A DNA stretch of 62,800 nt, the filler included, from Octopus bimaculoides (taxonomy: Eukaryota): NCBI RefSeq assembly GCF_001194135.2. It is 10 parts of 8 records of this genome, joined end to end, with 100 filler letters (N's around TTAATTAATTAA, not from the genome) between each part and the next. Parts side by side here need not be neighbours in the genome. Positions count along the whole stretch, not along the records: positions 44,411 to 52,751 come from NC_068982.1; positions 52,852 to 60,068 come from NC_068985.1; positions 60,169 to 62,800 come from NC_069003.1; 7 more parts are not named here. One strand, given 5' to 3'. The position numbers were made by a program, and so were the translations under genes. Position 1 is the stretch's first letter. Each line of letters opens with the position of its first letter. The notes under the pieces are model-generated. The model was not told the DNA's origin and ran no database searches. It was given only the letters and a program-made list of their open reading frames with translations. This document shows positions 51,982 to 62,699 of the stretch, piece after piece.

Positions 51982-52161
51982 ATCCATATATTTTCGTATA
52001 AATAGACGTATATGTGTGTGTGTATAGGCATATGTCTATATATCTGCATATGTGTGTGTGTGTCTATATATGTATGTATGTATACAGACATGTCAATGCT
52101 TCTGTTACAAGACATGTCTGTTGCCAATGCTCGTCGTTGACCAGCGCCACGGGCGGCTTTA

Positions 52162-52336
52162 ATAATCCTTTCTACTATAGGCACAAGGCCCTCAAATTTG
52201 GTGGGAAGGAACAAGTCGATTACATTGACCCTAGTATTTCACTGGTGCTTATTTTATCAACCCCGAAAGGGTGAAAGGTAAAGTCTACCTCGACGGAATT
52301 TGAACTCAGAACGTAGCGACGGGCGAAATACCGCTA
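52162..52336 (-). mobile_element. SINE family A copy
   Basis: Reverse complement of ..gttctgagttcaaattccgtcgaggtagac..gccttgtgcctatagtagaaaggattatt. Confidence 0.88.
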
Positions 52337-52879
52337 NNNNNNNNNNTATATATATATGCATACATACACACACATGTATATATACATATATATATATATG
52401 TATATATACACACACACATTTATATATAAATACATATATATATACATATACATACACACACACACACATATATATATATGTATATATATGTGTATAAATA
52501 TATACACACACATCCACACACATATATATATACCAATATGTGATAAACACACATTTATATATATGCATATATATTTATATACATATACATACACACACAT
52601 ATATACATATATATATACATACACATGTGTATGTATATATATATATATACATACATATAAAAATATATATGCATGTACATATATGTCTTTATATATATAT
52701 ACATATATATATCTATATACATACATATACATATATATATATATATATATANNNNNNNNNNNNNNNNNNNNNNNNNNNNNNNNNNNNNNNNNNNNTTAAT
52801 TAATTAANNNNNNNNNNNNNNNNNNNNNNNNNNNNNNNNNNNNNNNNNNNNTGTGTATGTATGTGTGTATGTATGTATG

Positions 52880-53395
52880 TCTTCTATTTTTTAATTATTA
52901 TAAATCTTCCACTGAGGAGGGAGCCAGTTCCCAACAAAGATACAAGGCTCCATCTTTGGGTTGTAGTTAACACAGACAAATTCACATGGGGAACTTGAGA
53001 AAAGTCTTGCATATTTTTTATTGTTCCACTCACAGATTGCACTTGTAATGTATGAATCAGCCGGTTAATTTTCCTTTCTGAAAATCCCAGTTTATCCAGA
53101 TTCTCCTTTAAGCATTTACTAACAAAACCTAATGCTCCAATTATGAATATGAATTCATAGTCTGGATAGAGAAGCTGGAGGTTTCGAGGCAGTTATCCAT
53201 AGATATCCTCTTTTTCTTTGATTTTCAAAGAGATATTTATATCTGCAGGGTAGGCTGACTTCTATGATGGTACATACCTTTGCCCCTTTGTCCCAAACAA
53301 CAATATCTGGCCTGTTATATTTACATTTGACAGAAGTTTTGATGGGAATATTCCACCAGTATTCCTTGAGTTGGTGTTTATGAATGTATTCCATG
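52880..53395 (-). mobile_element. 5'-truncated R4/Dong-like retrotransposon (RLE plus 3' UTR) flanked by CATA/CA repeats
   Basis: EYWWNIPIKTSVKCKYNRPDIVVWDKGAKVCTIIEVS; after a frameshift PADINISLKIKEKEDIYG..IIGALG..ICKTFLKFPM*; ~115-nt UTR, then (ACAT)n. Confidence 0.88.
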
Positions 53396-53618
53396 TATGT
53401 ATGTGTGTGTGTGTGTGACCTGGACATTTCTAATAAAGCTAATTCTATATTGGCAAGGATAGGTAAATGATATCAAAAAGTAAAGAGAAAAGTGTATTCA
53501 TGTGTACAAAAATCTTTGTTAGATGTAAATAAGTGTATGGTACCAAATTGGAGTATGAGATTTGGAATCCCTCTTGTATTCAAAGCATTAACAAAATTGT
53601 ACAGGTTCAAAGACATTT

Positions 53619-53720
53619 ACACCTTGGGTACTTGTGATGCTTGGGTACTTGTGTACCTTGGGTACTTGTGTACCTTGGGTACTTGTGATTTACTCGTTTA
53701 CACCTTGGGTACTTGTGATT
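53619..53720. repeat. 17-bp minisatellite, 5 copies of core cttgggtacttgtg
   Basis: Core starts at 53623, 53640, 53657, 53674, 53704. Confidence 0.92.
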
Positions 53721-54087
53721 GCTTTGAGTGAAGTAAAATTGTGGTCTCTTGAAACTGAGACATGCTTTAAGAGATTTAGTTTTTGAGTATAAAATGGTTA
53801 ACAACATGGCCTTTCTCAAAAATTTTTTTTCAATCCTTAAAAGACCAAATAAATGTACCTCCTACTCCTAGTTCTTGGCACCAAGATATAACTGTTTGCT
53901 AATTTTTTCTGTTAGAGTTATTCCTATCTGGACCTAACTTTCCACCTTAGTTTTTGAAGCTTATTCTTATTTTTAGATTTAAGGAAAGACTGACTTATTT
54001 AGTTAGTTTTGACCAGGTTTATCAAGGGAATCATTAATTAGCCCGTCTCTTTCCAGCCTAAATACAATTTATTAAAATCTTGGAGTA

Positions 54088-54237
54088 GTTGGCATTAGGA
54101 AGGGCATCCAGCTGTAGAAACTCTGCCAAATCAGATTGGAGCCTGGTGTAGCCATCTGGTTTCACCAGTCCTCAGTCAAATCGTCCAACCCATGCTAGCA
54201 TGGAAAGCGGACGTTAAATGATGATGATGATGATGAT
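54088..54237 (+). mobile_element. 3' part of a short RTE-type element with (GAT)n tail
   Basis: ttggcattaggaagggcatccagctgtagaaac..ccaacccatgctagcatggaaagcggacgttaaatgatgatg; longer copy at 57471-57720. Confidence 0.8.
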
Positions 54238-55907
54238 AAAAATTGGAACATCTTGTTTTAACACTTTAGCATTTAAACCAGCCATATCCAACCTAAATGT
54301 TCTACCTGTTTCATCTTCAAACTGGTGAGAGCTGGCCTCTCATGGCAACCCTACAATATCATTCTAAAGATAAACAATCACGTCATTCAAATCTTGAAGC
54401 TATAAGACAATGCCTAATTAATTCAAAGCAATGTGAATACATAAGCATTACATTTGACCGAATAATCTGAATGCTAAAGGTTAAAAAACAATTATTTTGT
54501 TTTGCCCTTCTTCTTTTTCTTTTTCTTCTTGCATCTATAAAATTATTTTTTCTGTATATTCATTTAAATTTATTACATACTCTGTATATTAATACTTAAT
54601 GTACTTTCACTTTTATCAATGGCCCCTATTATTGTATTGAGCAAGTAAATAAAACACCCAACAAAAACAAAAGCACCCGACAGCTTTATTTATGCTACAG
54701 TAAACAGTAGGAAAATTATGTCAGAAAAATCTGAAACTTCATGGCCTAATAACTGATGATATTTGATGAGACTATACAGTAGGGATTTCGATTGTCAGGA
54801 TTTAAGCCTGCTTACAATTTTTTTAAATCTTAGGTATTGGTAAGTGGGGTAGAGGGTAAGAAAGATCTTGCTTGAAGTTTAAAAAACTTCTCTTCTTGTG
54901 TTATACCAATTTTATTAATTATTGTCATTATTGTTTAACTCTACATCAACCTTGACTGAGCAGATTGTTTGACAAAAGATGTTACTATTCTGGCTTTAAG
55001 TCTTTTTCAAAATATTAGGTTGTGATTGGAGAGAGATTTAGCTGCTATTTCTAGTAGGTTGAACTTCCATGTAAGGCTCTATTCTCTTTTGTTACTTCAT
55101 TTATTAACTAAATCTCTTTCAAATTTGCATCTTAACATTTTGGAATGGATAAACAAGGCAGAATCCTCATGGTTAGACATAGAGCTAAACCACAACAGTT
55201 CATAGAATTTGTGTTTCATGCCACTATAAAAAGAGTTGAGTTGTGTCAGTTCAGGGAAGGCTCTTCTTTACACCCACCTTCCATTGAAAAATGAAACATG
55301 AAAGAACAACTAATCCCTAACAATTGAAGTTGCTGCTGTCTAGCACTGATCAAGTTTCACAAATTATTGGGTCATAAGATCTCAGATTTTTCTGATGTGG
55401 AAACTGGTATAACATTTAGGATTTTCCCAATGTTAATCTATTGCCAACAAAACTATCTAGTAGGACTTTTTAATTATTTCTTGTTGACACAAACTACCAA
55501 TAATTTCCTGTAGTCATTTAATTGGATATTAACCAAAGTACCAGAAATTATCAGTTATGTCATAACTTAAATGATTACACCAAATTGTAATTAAATATCA
55601 TAATAACAAAAATAAAAAATATATATTTGTATTCATGTATTTGTTTTTGCAAGACTCTTGATGTGAAATTGTGTCAAAACTTTTATATCCTGCTACAGGT
55701 TGGTATAGATAAATTACGCAGCAGAGGTTTAATCAATGTATTCACATGACGTATTAGGTTGTCAAGTATGAAATTTGTAGAAAAGAAAAAAAAGTTTGCT
55801 AATGTTTTGTAAATACAAAGAATAGTTTTATTCACCAAAGTATGCACCCATATTGTCAATACATTTTGATTCCATAATAATTTTTGTTCTTTTATGAATT
55901 ACTCTAG

Positions 55908-56026
55908 TTTTGAATCTGTGGATGAGTTTGTGGGAAATAAGTTTGGCACCATGATTCTACGGCTAAACAAAGTGATGACGGAGCAGTTCCCTCAAATTGC
56001 TACAAAAGTGAACTCTCTACAACCAG
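55908..56026 (+). CDS. Internal coding exon of an unidentified gene (119 nt, phase 2 to phase 1)
   Basis: Acceptor ..ttactctag|, donor ccag|gtaaaa; FESVDEFVGNKFGTMILRLNKVMTEQFPQIATKVNSLQP; joins in frame to 56493. Confidence 0.75.
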
Positions 56027-56358
56027 GTAAAACTAAAATGGAAAATTTATTGTGTGTGTGTGTGTGTGTACATGAGTGCATATATGTGTGTTTCATCCTC
56101 ATCATCTTTATCACTACCACCTCCAACATCATCATTGTCATATTTGCTCATAATCACTATTACAACGACCAAATTTATCATCATCCTTTCCTTCATTACA
56201 AGTATCACATGCAGTCATCATTACCACCAACACCTCAACCATCCATGAACACCACCACCACCACCACCACCACAACAACAACAACAAGCTTGCGCCTACT
56301 ACTACTACTACTACTACTNNNNNNNNNNACCACCACAACAACAACAACAAGCTTGCGC

Positions 56359-56407
<49 letters not shown>

Positions 56408-56492
56408 GAATATCTTCCTTACCATCCCCAACACCACTTTATCACAGCCACCCTTATTCTTTCTTACCCTTATCACCTCATTTCTTTTTCAG

Positions 56493-56713
56493 ATGATCTA
56501 CCTGACAAGCTGAAATCTGCTGTCACTGATGACGGAAACCGTGATCTGAAGATAATGCAGGTGTCATTAGATCTTCTCTCAGAGAATATCAAAAAATATT
56601 TTGATAATGCCTTACAACAACTTTGGCCCTTTATGCCACCAATCATTGTACCAGACATGATGTTTGAAAAGAACCCCTTCATCCCCAAATTGTGCCAAGC
56701 AGACCTTTTGTTG
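56493..56713 (+). CDS. Next coding exon of the same gene (221 nt, phase 1 to phase 0)
   Basis: Acceptor tttctttttcag|, donor ttg|gtgagt; (D)DLPDKLKSAVTDDGNRDLKIMQVSLDLLSENIKKYFDNALQQLWPFMPPIIVPDMMFEKNPFIPKLCQADLLL. Confidence 0.8.
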
Positions 56714-56779
56714 GTGAGTCTGTCAGTGGTTTCTATGAGTTATTCTTCATTATTTACCATTTATTAAAGACAATAAAGT

Positions 56780-57470
56780 AGCAGAATCATTAGCAACACC
56801 TGGTAAAATGCTTGGCAGCATTTTGTCCAACTTCATGTTCTGAGTTCAAATTTTGCTGAGGTTGATTTTTGCCTTTGACCAATTTTTGGGGTTGATAAAA
56901 TAAGTACCAGTGGCACACTGGGGTCAGTGTAAATGATTTATCCCCCGTCCTGAACTTGCTGGCCTTGTACCAAAATTTGAAACCATCATCATCATCACCA
57001 TCATTATTAAGGCAGTGAGCTGGCAAATTCATTACTGCACTGAGCAAAATGCTTAGCAGCATTTTATCTGTCTGTACGTTTTGAGTTCAAATTCTGCAGA
57101 GGTCGTTCTTTGCCGTTCATTCTTTCAGGGCCGATAAATTAAGTACCAGTGAAACGCTGATGTTGATGTAATCGACTAGTCCCCTCCCCCAGAATTTCAG
57201 GCCTTGTGCCTATAGTAGAAAGGATTATTAGTTTTATTATTAATAAGGCGGCGAGCTAGCAGAATCGTTAGTACACTGGATGAAATGCTTAGAGGTATTT
57301 TGCCCATTGCTACATTCAGAGTTCAAATTCCACTGAAGTCGACTTTGCCTTTTGTTCTTTTGGAGTCGATAAAATGAGTACCAGTCAAGCACTAGGGTCG
57401 ATGTAATTAATTTATCCCCCTCCCCCTAATTTGCTGGCCTTGTGCCAAAATTTGAAGCCATTATTATTAT
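56780..57470 (+). mobile_element. Three head-to-tail SINE family A copies (intronic)
   Basis: Copies at ~56780-56985, 57007-57228, 57244-57462, each with a gagttcaaatt B-box-like motif, joined by CAT/TAT triplets. Confidence 0.9.
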
Positions 57471-57720
57471 TGTGCTGGTGGCACGTGAAAAGCACCATCC
57501 GATCGTGGTCGATGCCAGCTCCTCTGGCCCCTGTGCTGGTGGCATGTAAAAAGCACCCACTACATTCTCGGAGTGGTTGGCATTAGGAAGGGTATCCAGC
57601 TGTAGAAACACTGCCAGATCAGATTGGGGCCTGGTGCAGCCTCCTGGCTTCCCAGACCCCAGTCGAACAGTCCAACCCATGCCAGCATGGAAAACGGACG
57701 TTAAACGATGATGGTGATGA
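57471..57720 (+). mobile_element. Short RTE-type element with duplicated 5' module and (GAT)n tail
   Basis: tgtgctggtggca(c/t)gt(g/a)aaaagcacc x2, then gagtggttggcattaggaaggg..gttaaacgatgatg. Confidence 0.75.
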
Positions 57721-58583
57721 TTATCATTATTATTATTATCATTATTATCATTATTATTATTATNNNNNNNNNNNNNNNNNNNNNNNNNNNNNNNNNNNNN
57801 NNNNNNNNNNNNNNNNNNNNNNNNNNNNNNNNNNNNNNNNNNNNNNNNNNNNNNNNNNNNNNNNNNNNNNNNNNNNNNNNNNNNNNNNNNNNNNNNNNNN
57901 NNNNNNNNNNNNNNNNNNNNNNNNNNNNNNNNNNNNNNNNNNNNNNNNNNNNNNNNNNNNNNNNNNNNNNNNNNNNNNNNNNNNNNNNNNNNNNNNNNNN
58001 NNNNNNNNNNNNNNNNNNNNNNNNNNNNNNNNNNNNNNNNNNNNNNNNNNNNNNNNNNNNNNNNNNNNNNNNNNNNNNNNNNNNNNNNNNNNNNNNNNNN
58101 NNNNNNNNNNNNNNNNNNNNNNNNNNNNNNNNNNNNNNNNNNNNNNNNNNNNNNNNNNNNNNNNNNNNNNNNNNNNNNNNNNNNNNNNNNNNNNNNNNNN
58201 NNNNNNNNNNNNNNNNNNNNNNNNNNNNNNNNNNNNNNNNNNNNNNNNNNNNNNNNNNNNNNNNNNNNNNNNNNNNNNNNNNNNNNNNNNNNNNNNNNNN
58301 NNNNNNNNNNNNNNNNNNNNNNNNNNNNNNNNNNNNNNNNNNNNNNNNNNNNNNNNNNNNNNNNNNNNNNNNNNNNNNNNNNNNNNNNNNNNNNNNNNNN
58401 NNNNNNNNNNNNNNNNNNNNNNNNNNNNNNNNNNNNNNNNNNNNNNNNNNNNNNNNNNNNNNNNNNNNNNNNNNNNNNNNNNNNNNNNNNNNNNNNNNNN
58501 NNNNNNNNNNNNNNNNNNNNNNNNNNNNNNNNNNNNNNNNNNNNNNNNNNNNNNNNNNNNNNNNNNNNNNNNNNNNNNNNNNN

Positions 58584-58702
58584 TACGTTAAGGGTACACG
58601 TGTCTGTGGAGTGCTCAGCCACTTGCACGTTAATTTCACGAGCAGGCTGTTCCGTTGATCGGATCAACTGGAACCCTCGACGTCGTAAGCAACGGAGTGC
58701 CA
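58584..58702 (+). mobile_element. SINE family D 3' end
   Basis: Matches 61293-61411 (acgttaagggtacacgtgtctgtggagt..cggagtgcca). Confidence 0.88.
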
Positions 58703-58729
58703 ATAATTATTATTATTATTGTTATTATT

Positions 58730-58870
58730 AAGGTAGTGAGCTGGCAGAATTGTTAGCACACTAGGCTAAATACTCAGTGGCATTTCATTCATCCTTACAT
58801 TCTGAGTTCAAATTTTGCCTAGGTCAACTTTGCCTTTCATCCTGTTGGGATCGATAAAATAAGTACCAGT
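58730..58870 (+). mobile_element. SINE family A copy
   Basis: taaggtagtgagctggcagaattgttagcac..gagttcaaatt..gataaaataagtaccagtt. Confidence 0.8.
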
Positions 58871-59145
58871 TGGGTACGGGGTGGAGGTGAGGTGGGGGTG
58901 TGGGGTGTCAGTGTAATTTTCAAGACAACTGAGCATTAGTAAGGATTTTCTAAAGCCATAAATTAGCTTTTTAAAAATCAGTAGTTTTCAGTTAAGGTAT
59001 TGGAGTATTAACTTTAGGATAATGACTGTGAATTAGCTGGTGGATTCTTTATATTGTTTCTGAGCAGAACACTTTATTTTATATTGCTTTAATTCACCCT
59101 TGCTGTTAAGAATATTCAGTTTCAAAGTTAGTTAGCTTTAGTATA

Positions 59146-59421
59146 TATACAAGAAGTCCCAGAATTAGCTATCTATTTCCATGAAATCAGGCAAAGTTTA
59201 AAAAATACTGGCAGAATTTTACATTTATTACTTAATTATGATACCAAAACAAATAGATTGATAAATCTTAAGTCAAAACTTTATTGAAAATTTTCAGCAT
59301 GTTCTCCATCTGTATCCCTGTGAATTTCAAATCTATCCTTAGTGTTGTGAAACACATTTTGAAGCATTTCAGGAGTTCTCTCCTCCACTGCTAACTGAAT
59401 GCGTTCTTCAAGTTCAGCTAA
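59146..59421 (-). mobile_element. Tc1/mariner-superfamily transposon 3' end (transposase C-terminus plus TIR)
   Basis: LAELEERIQLAVEERTPEMLQNVFHNTKDRFEIHRDTDGEHAENFQ* (59421-59281); terminus ctaattctgggacttcttg-TA; similar end ctaattctttgagtcatcctg-TA at 62467-62489. Confidence 0.72.
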
Positions 59422-59571
59422 ACAATAACTCCATCCTGGGATGGAAGTAGAGAAAATAATTGCAGCCAAATTGAAAAAAAAGCTGTCCTGGATTGATAAA
59501 CAGGATCCAACAAGAATGAAAATAAAATTATAAAAAAGATAAATAAAAATTATAAAATTATAAACAAAATA

Positions 59572-59738
59572 TAGGCGCAGGAGTGGCTGTGTGGTAAGTA
59601 GCTTGCTTGCCAACCACACGGTTCCAGGTTCAGTCCCACTACGTGGCACCTTGGGCAAGTGTCTTCTACTATAGCCTCGGGCTGACCAAAGCCTTGTGAG
59701 TGGATTTGGCAGACGAAAACTAAAAAAAGCCCGTCGTA

Positions 59739-59806
<68 letters not shown>
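59572..59806 (+). mobile_element. Young SINE family B 5' half plus (TA)n
   Basis: aggcgcaggagtggctgtgtggtaagtagc..ggttcagtccc..ccttgggcaagtgtcttctactatagcctcggg..gcccgtcgtatatatg(ta)n. Confidence 0.92.
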
Positions 59807-59809
<3 letters not shown>

Positions 59810-60291
59810 TGTAAATCCAAAAGAAAAAAATAACAACAAAACTACAAAGGATTCCGCGGTACACGTGTTTCAAGCTCTACATGTGTATAATATAATATAA
59901 TATAATATAACATAATATAATATGTGTATTATCTACAATAGGGAAAATAACCAAGTTTCAAGAACTCATCGATGAAAATCCACTATCACATATAGAAAAA
60001 TTAATAATTAAAAGCACAATAAATTTATTATATTTATCTTATGATATTTACTTTACTTTATATTATACNNNNNNNNNNNNNNNNNNNNNNNNNNNNNNNN
60101 NNNNNNNNNNNNTTAATTAATTAANNNNNNNNNNNNNNNNNNNNNNNNNNNNNNNNNNNNNNNNNNNNTATATATATATAGAAAGAGAGAGAGAGACTTA
60201 TGTATATGATATCTAAATATTCATGAACCTCCTTCGCAGCATCTTAATTCGTCTAACCTAAGTGTTTATTCCCTTTGATTGCTCTACAGTT

Positions 60292-60565
60292 AAGCATTTT
60301 GTCCGGTGTGCTAACCATTCTGCCAACTCACCGTCCTTCAGATTTGAAGTAAAATTATGCTCAGACATAAGGCGGCGGACTGGCAGAAACGTTAGCACGC
60401 CGGGCGAAATGCTTAACGGTATTTTTATATTCTGAGTTCAAATTCCACTAACGCTGATTTTTCTCCTTCATTTTTTCGGGGCTGATAAAATGAATACCAG
60501 TTACGCACTGGGGTCGATGTAATCAACTTACTCCTTCCTTCGAATTTCGGGCCTTGTGTCTACAT
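60292..60565. mobile_element. Head-to-head SINE family A: partial minus head (60292-60340) and full plus copy (60368-60565)
   Basis: taagcattttgtccggtgtgctaaccattctgccaactc (-); taaggcggcggactggcagaaacgttagcacgccgggcg.. (+). Confidence 0.82.
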
Positions 60566-60611
60566 AGAAACACAATCATGTTCAGACATCGTTCATAGGT
60601 TTCGTTCGTAG

Positions 60612-60921
60612 ATGTGTGGTAAGAAGCTTGCCTCCCAATCATATGGTCTCGGGTTCAGTCCCCCTGCGTGAAACATTGGGCAAGTGTTTTCTCCTATAGC
60701 CTCAGGCCGACCAAAGCCTTATGAGTGGATTTGGCAGGCGGAAACTGGAAGAAGCCTGTCGTATATATACATACATGTGTGTATGTGTGTGTGTGTGTGT
60801 GTGTATTATGTGTGTGTGCCTTTCTGTCTATGTTTGTCCCCCACCACTATTTGTCAACCGGTGTTGGTGTGTCTACGTCCCCGTAACTTAGCGGTTCGAC
60901 AAAAGCGACGGACAGAATAAG
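60612..60921 (+). mobile_element. Near full-length SINE family B with internal (TA)(TG)n microsatellite
   Basis: Head, then gaagcctgtcgtatata, then (TG)n, then tgtcaaccggtgttggtgtgtctacgtccccgtaacttagcggttcg. Confidence 0.88.
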
Positions 60922-61021
60922 NNNNNNNNNNNNNNNNNNNNNNNNNNNNNNNNNNNNNNNNNNNNNNNNNNNNNNNNNNNNNNNNNNNNNNNNNNNNNNN
61001 NNNNNNNNNNNNNNNNNNNNN

Positions 61022-61062
<41 letters not shown>

Positions 61063-61087
61063 TGAGTAGCAAATTTTCCCCCAAATC

Positions 61088-61411
61088 GTGAAGGTGCGTG
61101 GCCTAGTGGTTAGGGTAATCGGCTGATGATCGTAAGGCCGTGAGTTTGATTCCTGGCGACGCATTGTGTCCTTGAGCAAGACACTTTATTTCACGTTGCT
61201 CCAGTCCATTCAGCTGGCAAAAGTGAGTTGTACCAGTAATTCAAACGGCAAGCCTTGTCATACTCTGTGTCACGCTGAACCTCCCTGAGAACTACGTTGA
61301 GGGTACACGTGTCTGTGGAGTACTCAACCACTTGCATGTTAATTTCACGAGCAAGTTGTTCCGTTCATCGGATCAGCTGCAACACTCGTCGTCGTAACCG
61401 ACGGAGTGCCA
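61088..61411 (+). mobile_element. Full-length tRNA-headed SINE family D
   Basis: gtgaaggtgcgtggcctagtggttaggg..gagtttgattcc, then gtgtccttgagcaagacactttatttcacg, then the unique 3' region. Confidence 0.88.
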
Positions 61412-61460
61412 GTTTTTGTTTTGTTTTTATATCTAATATGACTAGAAAGAGAGAGAGAGA

Positions 61461-61498
<38 letters not shown>

Positions 61499-61643
61499 TA
61501 AATTTTCCTACAAGCCTTTCACTCCTCTCACAAAAAATTCCATGAAGATGTTAAAAAAATGTAAGGGTTAGAAGACAACCGTGTCTCAGGCCTGCACCTA
61601 CTGCAAACTAATCTTGTCAGCTAACTATTCACGAGCACAGCAA

Positions 61644-61983
61644 AAAGGGTAAAGACCCCCTTCGGTCATGAATGACCATGGGATTGCACCTAGAAAGATA
61701 CCCTCCAAGGCACAAGTCCAGGCTGTTTATGGAAGACCAGCAATCACTCTTGCTTACCAGTCTCCCCATCTCCATACCACCAATGTTATCCAAGGGAAAG
61801 GCAAAGGCTGATACAGCTTGGCACCAGTGATGTCGCAGCTCACTTCTACAGCTGAGTGAACTGGAGTAACGTGAAATAAAGTGTCTTGCTCAAGAACACA
61901 ACACGCAGCCTGATCCGAGAATCGAACTCACTACCTCATGATTGTGAGCCCGACGCTTTGGCCACAGAGCCATGCGCCTCCAC
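61644..61983 (-). mobile_element. Full-length tRNA-headed SINE family E
   Basis: gtggaggcgcatggctctgtgg..gagttcgattc, the same cttgagcaagacactttatttcacg module as family D, then a different 3' region ending gggggtctttaccc. Confidence 0.85.
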
Positions 61984-62156
61984 CACAGCACACTCGATAT
62001 TAATTGAACTGTATAGCGCCTCTGTAACTTGCACTAATCACGGGGTAGACATCTATCATTGTACTCATCTTCCACAAGCCCTTCATCCGAGTCACCTCGA
62101 GGGCAGTTTCCGTCCTCACAGCCCTTGCCCTTATCCTCTCTGTCTTTTATTTTTTA

Positions 62157-62392
62157 CGTGCTTCAGTCATTTAACTGTGGCCACGCTGGGGCACCGCCTT
62201 GAGGAATTTTAAGTCAAATTAATCGACGCCAGTACGGTTTTTTGTTTTGTTTTGTTTTGTTTCTTTTTACAGCTGATACTTATTTTATTGACCTTTTTTG
62301 CTGAATAGCTAAGTTATGCGGGCATAAACACACCAACACTGGTTGTCAAACGGTGGTGAAGGACAAACACACACACACACACACACACACAC
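62157..62392 (-). mobile_element. SINE family B 3' half
   Basis: tcagtcatttaactgtggccacgctggggcaccgcc..acaccaacactggttgtcaa..(ca)n. Confidence 0.8.
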
Positions 62393-62699
62393 TACATTGA
62401 TATAAAAATAGATTTTTTTGCAATAGAAATCGGTTTAGCAACTTATTTGGGGTGGGGGTGGGGTAACTAATTCTTTGAGTCATCCTGTATTTGTAATAAT
62501 GCTGAAGGATGTGACAAAGTGTTGAGGCGGTGGAGCGGTGTGGTGATGCGATATGGTGTTGGTGTGGTGAATTGGTGCAGTGGTGCTAGTGGAGAGTGGG
62601 GTGGGGTGTGGAGAGTGGGGATGGATGGGTGGAGTAACGGGATGAATGAATACGTGGGGCGAATGAGGTGAATGGGTGCAGTGGATGGGTGAAGTGCCG

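Noticed and set aside
53619-53720. Short repeats with spacers considered as a CRISPR array (also 24279-24389)
   Set aside because: Units are directly tandem with no unique spacers, there are no cas genes, and the context is eukaryotic
55654-55750. Candidate upstream exon TLDVKLCQNFYILLQVGIDKLRSR for the plus-strand gene
   Set aside because: No donor site in the phase (2) needed to join exon 55908
56241-56408. Tandem duplication accaccacaacaac..gcttgcgcctactac across a 10-N gap, giving ORF 55894-56496
   Set aside because: Overlapping contig ends duplicated around a nominal gap; the ORF simply reads through an intron
2997-58703. Long ORFs dominated by X, or by YIYI/CVCV/HTHT/poly-N, I, M, L, T
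   Set aside because: Artefacts of N-gaps and microsatellites
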